Assembly: GCA_030390025.1 (NCBI GenBank) | Contig: CM059432.1 | Span: forward strand, 45,634,001 to 45,698,000 | Origin: Squalus acanthias | Taxonomy: Eukaryota | Length of the DNA stretch: 64,000 bases | Direction: 5' to 3' | Shown: piece by piece, positions 48,851 through 61,509 of the stretch | How positions within the stretch are numbered: position 1 is the first letter of the stretch | Layout of the letters: each line of letters opens with the position of its first letter | Notes under the pieces: generated by a model | Databases searched by the model: none | What the model was told of the DNA's origin: nothing | What the model saw: only the letters and a program-made list of their open reading frames with translations | Position numbers and translations under genes: made by a program

Positions 48851-50525
48851 TAACATTGTGAAGAATATTAGTAAGCTTGAGGATTGGGAGAGCTTTAGAA
48901 ACCAGCAAAGGATGACAAAAGAAATTGATAAAAAGGGAGAAAATAGAATGAGAGTGAACTAGCAAAAAATATAAAACAGATTGTAAGAGCTTCTACAAAT
49001 ATGTAAAAGGAAGAGAGTAGCAAAAGTAAGCATTGGTCCCTTAGAGGCTGAAACAGGTGAAATTATAAAGGGTTATAAGGAAATGGCAGAGACTTTAAAC
49101 TAATATTTTGTATCTGTCTTCACAGTAGAAGACACAAATAGCATGCCACAAATAGTGGGGAACCAAGGGGCTAATAAGAGTGAGGAACTTAAAGTAATTC
49201 ATATCAGTAGAGAAAAAGTACTTGAGAAACTAATGGGACTAAAAGCTGGCAAATCCCAGGGACCTGATGGCCTACATCCTAGGGTTCTAAAAGAGGTGGC
49301 TGCAGAGATAGTGGATGCATTGGTTGTGATCTTCCAAAATTCCCTAGATTCTAGAATGGTCCCAGCGGATTGGAAGGTAGCAAATGCAACCCCGCTATTC
49401 AAGAAAGGAGGGAGAGAAAACAAGGATCTACAGGCCAGTTAGCCTGACATCAGTCATTGGGAAATGCTGGAATCCATTATCAAGGAAGTGGTAACAGGGC
49501 ACTTAGAAAATCATAATATGATTAGGCAGAGTCAACATGGTTTTATGAAAGGGAAATCGTGTTTGACAAATTTATTAGAGTTTTTGAGGATGTAACTAAC
49601 AGGGTAGATAAAGGGGAACCAGTGGATGTAATATATTTGGATTTGCAAAAGGCATTCGATAAGGTGCCACATAAAAGGTTGTTATGCATGATAAGGGCTC
49701 ATGGGGTTGGGGGTAATATATTAGCATGGATAGAGGATTGGTTAATGGACAGAAAACAGAGAGTAGGGATAAATGGGTCATTTTCTGGTTGGCAGGCTAT
49801 AACTAGTGGGGTGCCGCAAGGATCAGTGCTTGGGCCTCAGCTATTTACAATCTATATTAATGACTTAGATTAAGGGACTGAGTGCAATGTATCCATGTTT
49901 GCTGATGATACAAAGTCAGGTGGGAAAGTAAGCTGTGAGGAGGACACAAAAAGCCTGCAAAGGGATATAGACAGGTTAAGTGAGTGCGCAATAAGGTGGC
50001 AAAGGAGTATAACGGGAAATGTAAGGTTATTCAATTTGGTAGGAAGAATAGAAAAACAAAATATTTTTAAAATGGTGACAAACTATTAAATGTTGGTGTT
50101 CAGAGAGATTTAGGTGTCCTCGTACAGGAAACTCAGAAAGTTAGCATGCAGGTACAGCAAACAATTAGGAAGGCAAATGGTATGCTGGCCTTTATTGCAA
50201 GGGGGTTGGAGTATAAGAGTAAGGAAGTCTTGCTACAATTGTACAGGGCTTTGGTGAGACCACACCTGGAGTACTGTGCACAGTTTTGGTCTCCTTATCT
50301 GAGGAAGGACATACTTGCCTTAGAGGCGGTGCAACGAAGGTTCACTAGATTGATCTTTGGGATGAGAAGGTTGTCCTATGAGGAGAGATTGAGTAGATTG
50401 GGCCTATACTCTCTGGAGTTTAGAAGAATGAGAGGTGATCTCATTGAAACATATAAGATTCTGAGGGGATTAACAGGGTAGATGCTGAAAGGTTGTTTTC
50501 CCTGGCTGGAGAGTCTAGAACTAGG
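48851..50525 (+). mobile_element. Degenerate CR1 LINE ORF2
   Basis: [31 protein letters not shown] and FADD across frameshifted ORFs. Confidence 0.9.
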
Positions 50526-51617
50526 TGAATTAATAATGGGAAACTGGGAAATGGCAGAGATTTTGAACAAATATTTTGTAGCAGTCTTAATGGTAGAAGA
50601 CACTAAAAGCATCCTAATAATAGATAATCAAGGGGTTATAGGGAGGGGGGAACTTAAAAGAATCACTATCACTAGAGAAAAAGTACTCGGTAAAATAATG
50701 GGACTAAAGGTGGTCAAGTCCCCATGACCTGATGGTCTGCATCCTAGGGTCTTAAAAGAAGTGGCTGCAGAGATAGTGGATGCATTGGTTGCAATATACC
50801 AAAATTCCCTGGATTCTGGAGAGGTTCCAGCGGATTGGAAAACCGCAAATGTAACGCCCCTATTTAAGAAAGGAGGGAGACAGAAAGCAGGAAACTATAG
50901 ACCAGTTAGCCTAACATCTGTCATTGGGAAAATGCTGGAATCCATTATTAAGGAAGTAATAGCAGGACATTTAGAAAATCATAATACAGTCAAGCAGGGT
51001 CAGCATGGTTTTATGAAAGGGAAATCATGTTTGACAAATTTGCTAGAGTTCTTTGAGGATGTAACGAGCAGGGTGGATAAAGGGCAACTAGTAGATGTAT
51101 TGTATTTGGATTTCCAGAAGGCATTCAATAAGGTGCCACATAAAAGGTTACTGCACAAGATAAGAACTCACGGGGTTGGGTAATATATTAGCATGGAAAG
51201 AGGATTGGCTAACTAACAGAAAACAGGGAGTCAGGATAAATGGGTCATTTTCCAGTTGGCAAATTTTAACTAGTGGGTGCCACAGAGATCAGTGCTGGGG
51301 CCTCAACTATTTACAATCTATATTAATGACTTGGATGAAGGGACCGAGTGTAATGTAGCCAAATTTGCTGATGATACAAAGATAGGTGGGGAAGCAATTT
51401 GTGAAGGGGACACAAAGAATCTGCAAAGGGATATAGATAGGCTAAGTGAGTGGGCAAAAATTTGGCAGATGGAGTAAAATGTGGGAAAATGTGAGGTTAT
51501 CCACTTTGGTAGGAAAAATAAAAAAGCAAATTATTATTTAAATGGAGAGAGATTACAAAATGCTGCAGTAAAGAGGGATCTGGGGGTTCTTGTACATGAA
51601 AAAGTTAGCATGCAGGT

Positions 51618-53444
51618 TTTTAAAAATTCATTTATGGGATGTAGGCATCGCTGGCAAGGCCAGCATTTATTACCCATCCCTAATTGCCCTTGAGAAGGTG
51701 GCGGTGAGCCGCCTTCTTGAACTATGGTGAAGGTACTCCCACAGGTAGGGAGGGAGTTCCAGGATTTTGTCCCAGTGACGATGAAGGATCGAAGATATAC
51801 TTCTAAGTCAGGATGGTGTGTGACTTGGAGGGGAACTTGGAGGTGGTGGTGTTCCCATGCGCCTGCTGCCCTTGTCCTTCTAAGTGGAAGAGGTCGCAGG
51901 TTTGGGAGATGCTGTCGAGGAAGGCTTGACGAGTTGCTGCAGTGCATCTTGTAGATGGTACACACTGCAGCCACGGTATGCCGGTGGTGGAAGGTGTGAA
52001 TGTTTAAGGTGGTGGATGGGGTGCCAATGAAGCGGGATGCTTTGTCCTGGATGGTGTTGAGCTTCTTGAGTGTTGTTGAAGCTGCACTTATCCAGGCAAG
52101 TGGAGAGTATTCCATCACACTCCTTACTTGTGCCTTGTAGATGGTGGAAAGGCTTTGGGGAGTCAGGAGGTGAGACACTCGCCGCAGAATACCTAGCCTC
52201 TGGCCTGCTCTTGTTGCCACAGTATTTATGTGGTTGGTCCAGTTAAGTTTCTGGTCAATGGTGTCCCCCAGGATGTTGATGGTGGGGGATTTGACGATGG
52301 TAATGCCGTTGAATGTCAAGGGGAGGTGGTTAGACTCTCGCTTGTTGGAGATAGTCATTGCCTGGCACTTCTGTGGCACGAATGTTACCTGCCACTTATC
52401 AGCCCAAGCCTGAACATCGTCCAGGTCTTGTTGCATGCTGGCATGGACTGCTTCATTATCTGAGGAATTGTGAATGGCGCTGAACACTGTGCAGTCATCA
52501 GCGAACATCCCCATTTCTGACCTTATGTTGGAGGGAAGGTCATTGATGAAGCAGCTGAAGATGATTGGGCCTAGGACACTGCCCTGAGGAACTCCTGCAG
52601 CGATATCCTGGGGCTGTGATGATTGACCTTCAACCACCACAACCATCTTCCTTTGTGTTAGGTATGACTCCAGCCAGTGGAGAGTTATCCCCCTGATTCC
52701 CATTGACTTCAGTTTTACTAGGGCTCCTTGGTGCCACACTCGGTCAAATGTCAAGGGCAGTCACTCTCACCTCACGTCTGGAATTCAGCTCCTTTGTCCA
52801 TGTTTGGACCAAGGCTGTAACGAGGTTGGGAGCTGAGTGGTCTTGGCGGAACCCAAACTGCGCATCAGTGAGCAGGTTATTGCTGAGTAAGTACCGCTTG
52901 ATAGCACTGTTGATGACACCTTCCATCACTTTGCTGATGATTGAGAGTAGACTGATGGGGCATTAATTGCCCAGGTTTGGATTTGTCCTGCTTTTTGTGG
53001 ACAGGACATACCTGGGGAGTTTTCCACATTATCGGATAGATGCCAGTGTTGTAGCTGTACTGGAATAGCTTGGCTCGAGGCGCGGCTAGTTCTGGAGCAC
53101 AACTCTTCAGCATGATAGCAGGGATGTTGTTGGGGCCCATAGCGTTTGCTGTATCCAGTGCGCGCAGCCGTTTCTTGATATCACGTGGAGTGAATCGAAT
53201 TGGCTGAAGACTGGCTTCTGTGATGGTGGGGACTCAGGAGTAGGCCGATATGGATCATCCACTTGAACCTTCTGGCTGAAGATGGATGCGAACCCTTCAG
53301 CCTTGTCTTTTGCACTCATGTGCTGGGCTCCACCATCATTGAGGATGGTGATATTCATGGAGCCTCCTCCTCCCGTTAGTTGTTTAATGGTCCATCACTA
53401 TTCATGACTGGATGTGGCAGGGCTGCAGAGCTTTGATCTGATCC
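51618..53444 (-). mobile_element. CR1-Zenon-like LINE, 5'-truncated, with 3' end
   Basis: 406-aa ORF with [24 protein letters not shown] and QVRSVMEY. Confidence 0.9.
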
Positions 53445-53560
53445 ATACAACAAGTAATTAGGAAGGCAAATGGAATGTTGGCCTTATTGCAAGGAGGAAT
53501 TAGTATAAAAGTAGGGAAGTCCTGCTACAACTGTACAGGGTATTGGTGAGACCACACCTG

Positions 53561-55602
53561 GCTAACAAGGGAAATCAGGGATAGTATTAAAACCAAGGAA
53601 GTTGCATACAAATTGGCCAGAAGTAGCAGCAAACCCGGGGACTGGGAGAACTTCAAAACTCAGCAGAGGAGGACGAAGGGTTTGATTAGGGCAGGGAAAA
53701 TAAAATATGAAAGGAAGCTTGCAGAGAACATTAAAATGGACTGCAAAAGCTTCTATAAATATGTAAAAAGAAAGAGGTTAGTAAAAACAAACGTAGGTCC
53801 CCTGCAGTCGGAAACAGGGGAAGTCGTAATGGGGAACAAGGAAATGGCAGATCAATTGAACAAGTACTTTGGTTCGGTGTTTACTGTGGAGGACACACAC
53901 AACCTGCCGGAAATAAAAGGGGTCAGAGGATCTGGAAAGAGGGAGGAGCTGAGGGAAATCCTTATTAGTCGGGAAAAGGTATTGGGGAAATTGATGGGAC
54001 TGAAGGCTGAAAAATCCCCGGGGCCTGATGGTCTGCATCCCAGAGTACTTAAGGAGGTGGCCTTGGAAATAGTGGATGCATTGACGATCATTTTCCAACA
54101 TTCCTTAGACTCTGGATCAGTTCCGAAGGAGTGGAGGGTGGCCAATGTAACCCCTCTTTTTAAAAAAGGAGGGAGGGAGAAAGCAGGGAATTATAGACCG
54201 GTCAGCCTGACATCGGTCGTGGGTAAAATGATGGAAGCAATTATTAAAGATGTCATAACAGACCATTTGGAAAGTGGCGACATGATAGGTCCAAGTCAGC
54301 ATGGATTTGTGAAAGGGAAATCATGCTTGACAAATCTTCTGGAATTTTTTGAGGATGTTTCCAATAGGGTGGACAGGGGGGAACCAGTAGATGTGGTGTA
54401 TTTGGACTTTCAGAAGGCCTTCGACAAGGTCCCACACAAGAGATTGGTGAGCAAAGTTAAAGCACATGGGATTGGGGGTAATGTGTTGACGTGGATTGAG
54501 AACTGGTTGGCACACAGGAAACAAAGAGTAGGAGTAAATGGGTACTTTTCAGAATGGCAGGCAGTGACCAGCGGGGTACCGCAGGGTTCGGTGCTGGGAC
54601 CCCAGCTGTTTACATTATATATTAATGATTTGGACGAAGGGATTAAATGTAATATCTCCAAATTTGCGGATGACACTAAATTGGGAGGCAGTGTGAACAA
54701 TGAGGAGGATGCTAGGAGGCTACAGAGTGACTTGGACAGGTTGGGTGGATGGGCAAATGTATGGCAGATGAAGTACAATGTGGATAAATGTGAGGTTATC
54801 CACTTTGGTGGTAAAAATAGAGAGGCGGACTATTACCTGAATGGTGGCAGATTAGGGAAAGGGGACGTGCAACGAGACCTGGGCGTCATGGTACATCAGT
54901 CACTGAAGGTGGGAATGCAAGTGCAGCAGGCAGTCAAGAAAGCAAATGGAATGATGGCCTTCATAGCAAGGGGCTTTGAGTACAGGAGTAGGGAGGTGAT
55001 GCTACAGTTGTACAGGGCCTTGGTGAGGCCACACCTGGAGTATTGTGCGCAGTTTTGGTCTCCTAACTTAAGGAAGGACATTCTTGCTATTGAGGGAGTG
55101 CAGCGAAGGTTCACTAGATTGATTCCTGGGATGGCCGGACTGACATATCAAGAAAGATTGGGTCAACTGAACTTGTATCCTCTGGAGTTCAGAAGAATGA
55201 GGGGGGATCTTATAGAGACATTTAAAATCCTGACTGGTTTAGACAAATTAGATGCGGGCAGAATGTTCCCAATGGTAGGGAAAACTAGAACCAGGGGTCA
55301 CAGTCTAAGGATTAAGGGGAAGCCATTTAGGACTGAGCTGAGGAGGAACTTCTTCACCCAGAGAGTGGTGAATCTATGGAATTCTCTTCCACAGAAGGTT
55401 GTTGAGGCCAGTTCGCTAAATATATTCAAAAGGGAGTTAGATATAACACTCACAACTAAGGGGATCAAGGGGTATGGCGAGAAAGCAGGAATGGGGTACT
55501 GAGGTAGCATGTTCAGCCATGAACGCATTGAATGGCGGTGCAGGCTCGAAGGACCGAATGGTCTACTCCTGTACCTATTTTCTATGTTTCTATGTTTCTA
55601 TG
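53561..55602 (+). mobile_element. Young 5'-truncated CR1 LINE
   Basis: Uninterrupted reading frame to 55502; clean TTTCTATG tail. Confidence 0.95.
53613..55502 (+). CDS. CR1 ORF2 reverse transcriptase, 629-aa open fragment lacking the endonuclease
   Basis: [31 protein letters not shown] and FADD all present with no stops. Confidence 0.9.
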   Translation: MARSSSKPGDWENFKTQQRRTKGLIRAGKIKYERKLAENIKMDCKSFYKYVKRKRLVKTNVGPLQSETGEVVMGNKEMADQLNKYFGSVFTVEDTHNLPEIKGVRGSGKREELREILISREKVLGKLMGLKAEKSPGPDGLHPRVLKEVALEIVDALTIIFQHSLDSGSVPKEWRVANVTPLFKKGGREKAGNYRPVSLTSVVGKMMEAIIKDVITDHLESGDMIGPSQHGFVKGKSCLTNLLEFFEDVSNRVDRGEPVDVVYLDFQKAFDKVPHKRLVSKVKAHGIGGNVLTWIENWLAHRKQRVGVNGYFSEWQAVTSGVPQGSVLGPQLFTLYINDLDEGIKCNISKFADDTKLGGSVNNEEDARRLQSDLDRLGGWANVWQMKYNVDKCEVIHFGGKNREADYYLNGGRLGKGDVQRDLGVMVHQSLKVGMQVQQAVKKANGMMAFIARGFEYRSREVMLQLYRALVRPHLEYCAQFWSPNLRKDILAIEGVQRRFTRLIPGMAGLTYQERLGQLNLYPLEFRRMRGDLIETFKILTGLDKLDAGRMFPMVGKTRTRGHSLRIKGKPFRTELRRNFFTQRVVNLWNSLPQKVVEASSLNIFKRELDITLTTKGIKGYGEKAGMGY

Positions 55603-57377
55603 TACTGCGTACATTTTTTGTCTCCTTATTTAAGGAGGGATATACTTGCATTGGAGGCAGTTCAGAGAAGGTTCACCAGGTTGATTCCTGAGATGAAGGC
55701 ATTGTCTTATAAATAAAGGTTGAGCAGGTTGGGCCTAATATCATTGGAGTTTAGAAGAATGAGAGGTGATCTTATTGAAACATATAAGATGCTGAGGGGG
55801 CTTGACAAGGTAGATGCAGAGAGGATGTTTCCCCTCGTGGGGGAATCTAGAACTAGGGGGCATAGTTTCAGAATAAGAAGTTGCCCATTTAAAATGGAGA
55901 TGAGGAGGAATTTCTTCTCTCAGAGGGTCGTGAATCTGTGGAATTCTCTGCCCCAGAGAGCTGTGGAGGCTGGGTCATTGAATATATTTAAGGTGGAGAT
56001 AGACAGATTTTTGAACGATAAGAGAGTCAAGGGTTATGGGGAGTGGGCAGGGAGGTTGAGTTGATGCCAAGATCAAATCAGCCATGATCTTATTGAATGG
56101 CGGAGCAGGCTCGAGGGGCCAAATGGCCTACTCCTGCTCCTAATTCCTATGTTAGTATGTAAAACCAGGAAATGCTGGAAATACACAGCAGGTCAGTCAG
56201 CATGCGTAACTATGTTTTCGGTGTGCACTCTTCCTCAGAACCCTGTCACAAGCTTGAGGGAGGAGTCAAGCTACTTTCAAACAAACGCAGACTGTGTGAC
56301 TTGTTCAATTAAATATATGACAGCCACTTTGATTGTGGTCGACAGTTATTCAAATCCAGGAAGTATTTGCCAACTGTTTTTGCCGATAATGAAGAAGCTG
56401 TAACTTTTTCTTCGGTCAGTTTGGAACTTCCAAGATAAAGTTCAGACTGGCACAGATTCTGCAGTAATTAGAAACACATGAAGGGAAACACTGAATTTAT
56501 AAAAGTTATCTGCAAAAGAATAACTTAAAATTTAGAATGTGACCTGTTAATTGTTTTCTTTTTGAAGAGCTGGATATAAGTATTTCTACTATAAATATAT
56601 CAACTTATTATATTATTGTTAAGTTATTTACTTGTTCATCACGTAAGTTTGTTAAATTTTTTGTTGAATAAATTTATAACTTTTGTTAAATAAATTCACT
56701 TCATAGTTTAAACTAACATGATGTTCTACCAATAATTGCAGATAAGAGGTAGAGTCTATGGAGGCATAGAGAAATTCAAGCTAAAATAATTGAGAAAAAT
56801 TATTCTGTCTGTTATCATTGGCATATTACTGAAAGCTTATCAAGATATAGATGCTAGTGCAGATACTCTTAAAAGGAATTGGGATTCACCTACCACGGAA
56901 ATGGGAGCCAAAAAATGCAGAGTAAGAAGAATGGAAGAAACCTAAAACTGGAACTGTTACAACACAGATTTGAGATGCATTATATTCCCTTGAAATTAAA
57001 ACTAGAATTCTACAGTCATCAGAGACTGGCTGGAATGTCAGTTTCCCTTTGTGTTCTGTTTAATTTGATGTGCTTTTAAATTTGCTACTTGTTCAGTATG
57101 ATGTCTGTGCACTGGCTGTCTGGGCCTACATTTCTAAAACTGGTTCCCTTGTCCTGATAGTAGATCTATAAATAGATATTTTCATGATGTTAGGATAAAG
57201 GAGCTGATTTTAGCAATATAAATTCAGGGAGCCAGCACATGAACATTGATATCCTGCAATCCAAACTACACAGGTACCACTTGATCAATGATTTCTAATT
57301 GATATCTACTCAAGTGCAAAAGCCATTGTCACTTTTTGATAGAACATTGTCTGCATGGGTAAATGCTTATGATGAAT

Positions 57378-58797
57378 ATTTTTATTATTCGTTCCAGGGA
57401 TGTGGGTGTCACTGGCAAGGCCAGCATTTATTGCCCATCACTAGTTGCCCTTGAGAAGGTGGTGGTGAGCTGCCTTCTTGAACAGCTGCAGTCCATGTGG
57501 TGAAGGTACTCCCACAGTGCTGTTAGGTAGGGAGTTCCAGGATTTTAACCCAGCGATGATGAAGGATCAGCGATATACTTCCAAGTCAGGATGGTGTGTA
57601 ACTTGGAGGGGAACTTGCAGGTGGTGGTGTTCCCATGCGTCTGCTGCCCTTGTCCTTCTAGGTGGTAGAGGTCGTGGGTTTGGGAGGTGCTGTCGAAGAA
57701 GCCTTGGCAAGTTGCTGCAGTGCATCTTGTAGATGGTACACACTGCAGCCACGGTGCAACGGTGGTGGAGGGAATGAATGTTTAAGGTGGTGGATGGGGT
57801 GCTAATCAAGTGAGCTGCTTTGTCTTGGATGGTGTCGAGCTTCTTGAGTGTTGTTGGAGCTGCACTCATCCAGGCAAGTGGAGAGTATTCCATTACACTC
57901 CTGACTTGTGCCTTGTAGATGGTGGAAAGGCTTTGGGGAGTCAGGGGGTGAGACACTCACCACAGAATACCTAGTCTCTGAACTGCTCTTGTTGCCACAG
58001 TATTTATGTGGCTGGTCCAGTTAAGTTTCTGGTCAATGGTGACCCCCAGGATGTTGATGGTGGGGGATTTGACGATGGTAATGCCGTTGAATGTCAAGGG
58101 CCAGTGGTTAGAGTTTCTCTTGTTGGAGATAGTCATTGCCTGACACTTGCGCGAATGTTACTTGCCATTTATCAGCCCAAGCCTGAATGTCGTCCAGGTC
58201 TTGCTGTATGCAGGCATGGACTGCTTCATTTTCTGAGGAGTTGTGAATGGCGCTGAACACTGTGCAGTCATCAGCGAACATCCCAGGTCTGACCTTATGA
58301 TGGAGGGAAGGTTATTGATGAAGCAGCTGAAGATGGTTGGGCCTAGGACACTGCTCTGAGGAACTCCTGCAGCGATGTTCTGGGGATGTGATGATTGGCC
58401 TCCAACGACCACAACCATCTTCCTTTGTGCTAGATATGACTCCAGCCATTGGAGAGTTTTCCTTCTGATTCCTATTGACTTCAATTTTACTAGGGCTCCT
58501 TGATGCCACACTCAGTCAAATGCTGCCTTGATGTCAAGGGCAGTCACTCTCACCTCACCTCTGGAATTCAGCATTTTTGTCCATGTTTGGACCAAGGCTG
58601 TAAGGAGGTCTGGAGCCGAGTGGTCTTGGTGGAAACCAAACTGAGCATCGATGAGCAGTTAATTGATGAGTAAGTGGCACTTGATAGCACTGTCGATGAC
58701 CCCTTCCATCACTTTGCTGAAGATTGAGAGTATACTGATGGGGTGGTAATTGGCCAGTTTGGTTTTGTCCTGCTTTTTGTGGACAGGACATACCTGT
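57378..58797 (-). mobile_element. CR1-Zenon-like LINE, 5'-truncated
   Basis: Colinear with 51618-53010; frameshifted RT. Confidence 0.9.
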
Positions 58798-59726
58798 CTA
58801 GGTCCTTCATTAATTATATCTTGTAATCATAACAAATGTAATCTCAGCAAATGTTGGCTGCTCACTCAATAGCTCGTTGCGAGAGTTTCTAAAGGTTAGC
58901 CTCATCACTCTACTCAATGCTGATCACCTATACAATGTCAAAGAAGCAGAAATACTTACATTTATAGAGTACCATTATCACATTAAAATGTCTCAACGTG
59001 TTTCACACAATAAATTCCTTTTAGAGTGCAGTGATTGTTGTTAAGAAGACAAACATAACATTTATTTTGGCAGTTAATCTTATCTGGGCTTGTTTGGAAG
59101 TTTATCTTCAAAGTGAAATATCCTTAGTAAATTAGAAGATTTTGCTGTTGAGTTAATAGCAGGTCTACAATAAATGATGGTGTTCCTTATAGTCCACCAC
59201 ACTCACATTCTTGTGAAGCCAATAATAGTGAATAATCATTGCCGTGTGACCAATGTATGTGCATTCCTGAAGATATGAATGAACCTGTCAGCCTTCTGGG
59301 ATAACTTCCTAAACACAAGAACTGGACATGGTACCTGACTTATACCAGCAAAATTATTCTTTGGTATCTAGAATGAGCCCACGGCTCAAAAGTGATAATT
59401 GTTGCAAATTTTACGTCTCGACTGCGCATTAGGAGTAACTCAGGACCTCTCTAAATTAGGTGCCATCATTTGACACAGTTTAGTTATTGCCTCCCTACTG
59501 GGCCTGAGCCCCCAAAAACACTATTCCTCTGACATATCCCGATAATTGAGATATAATCAGCATGCACTTTCATGGGGGTAATGGCCTGGTCCAGGCTCTT
59601 CTCTTATTATTGTTACATTATCCTTTCATTCTCCTCCTCTACTACAAAGGCAGTTGCCATAAAATCATTGTCACATCAAACCAGCAAACTTTAGTCCAAC
59701 AGCAGTATTAACTCCTGGTGTTGTTA

Positions 59727-60141
59727 TCTTTTATTCATTCTTGGGATGTGGGCGTCGCTGACAAGTCCAGCATTTAATGCCCATCCCTAGATGCCATAGT
59801 GATTTGATACCTCTACGTGGTTTGTTGGGCCACTTCAGAGGGCAGTTAACCACATTGGTGCAGGACTGGAGTCACATATATCAGGTAAGGATGGCAAGTT
59901 ACCTTCCCTGAAGGTCATTGGTGAATCAGTTGGATTTTTACAAGAATCTGACAGCTTCATGGTACCAGCTTTTCATTCCAGATTTTTTTTAAACTGAATT
60001 CCAATTCTCAAACTGCCATGGTGGGATGTGCACTCACATTCTCTGGATTATTAGTGCAGGCCTCTGGATTACTACAACATCAATTTGCATTGATATACTG
60101 AATTACTAGTCCAGTAACATAACCACTACACTACTGTACCC
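59727..60141 (-). mobile_element. tRNA-derived SINE sharing its 3' tail with the Zenon-like LINE
   Basis: Minus strand begins GGGTACAGTAGTGTAGTGGTTA (A-box-like) and ends GGGATGGGCATTAAATGCTGG...GCCCACATCCCAAGAATGAATAA, like 57378-57445. Confidence 0.7.
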
Positions 60142-60859
60142 AGTGTCCAAATAAACACTCAGGTAGTGCGGTAATGTAATGTGGATTTTATTTCAAACTC
60201 TCTGGAACATTCTAGATATAATTTAAAAAATACAAGAGAAGACCCTGGAGTGCAATTGCTGCAGTATGCTTGCTCCCATCAGGGATTTCTCTAATGTTCA
60301 ATTTACAATATGCAAATATAATGCATATCTGGCGTGAGTGTAACTTTATAGCGACAGTGGCGTGAAGGCTTAGCAGTGTCAAAAAGTGATGCCTTAACGT
60401 ATTTGGATTTGCTCCCCATTAATAGGCTCAATGTGTGTTTTTAATCCACTGGGAATAAGCACTTACTGCTGAATTACATTCATATCAGAAAATGGCATTA
60501 ATACTGCCTAACTGGAACACTGAGGCCAAGTCTGACATATTTTGCATGAAACTCAAGTCAGTGTTAAATTTATCAAGACTCAGAAAAAGTCAGGTCTTCA
60601 GAGATAGCCATTTTGTGTTGTAATACTGCTGAGTTTTATATTTTGTTTTTGTCAATATCCTTCTGCTTTCACTTCCTTTGATTCACTAAACATGAACTCT
60701 GCCACAGAGCAGAAAGTGGATTCATTAACACAGATATGATAGTTGTAGAGGATAAGGACATCGAGGAAGTGCTAAATGAATATTTTACTTTCATCTTTAT
60801 ACTGGAGAAGGAGGATACAATAACAGAGGTACAGGGGAGACTAGATTAGTGAAGCATCG

Positions 60860-61170
60860 ATTTCCTTGACAGCACCTCATAAACCCACGGCCTCCACCAC
60901 AACCTAGAAGTCAAGGGAAGCAGGTGCATGGGAACATCACCACCTCCAATTTCCCCTCCATATCACACACCATCCCGACTTGGACATATATCATCATTCC
61001 TTCATCTTCGCTGGATCAAAATCCTTACAGCACTGTGGGAGAACCTTCACCACATGAACTGCAGAGATTCAAGGCGGTGGCTCACCACCACCTTCTCAAG
61101 GGCAACTAGGGATGGGCAATAAATGCTGGTCTTTCTAGTGACGCCCATATCCCCAGAATTAATTATTTAA
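60860..61170 (+). mobile_element. CR1-Zenon-like 3' fragment inside an old CR1 remnant (about 60750-61450)
   Basis: RFKAVAHHHLLKGN end and AATAAATGCTGG tail. Confidence 0.8.
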
Positions 61171-61509
61171 AAAAAATTAATATAAACAAAGGTTGTAATG
61201 AATAAAAGAATGGGATTGAAGCCAGCCAAGTCTCTAGGCCCAAATGATTTGCACTCAGTGGTATTAAAACAACCTAGGAAAGAAGTTTGCCATTAGAGTC
61301 TTCCAAAGCTTTAATAATTGCACTGGAAGTTTGGAAGCTACCAAGCATTAAAAATTATTTAAGGAAGGGGAAGAGACTAACCAGATAACTGGAGGGCAGT
61401 GAGTTTAATGTCAGCAGTGTGAAATTACTAGAGTCCATTATCACAGATAGCACAAGTAAAACTGCTTGTCCAAAATGGGAAGAGCATCATTTCCTCCAGT
61501 TAAATATCC

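Larger units (their letters stand above)
50526..56155 (+). mobile_element. Second CR1 copy in three pieces (50526-51617, 53445-53560, 55603-56155)
   Basis: Coding sequence resumes colinearly after each insertion, e.g. CCACACCTG...TACTGCGTAC. Confidence 0.85.
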
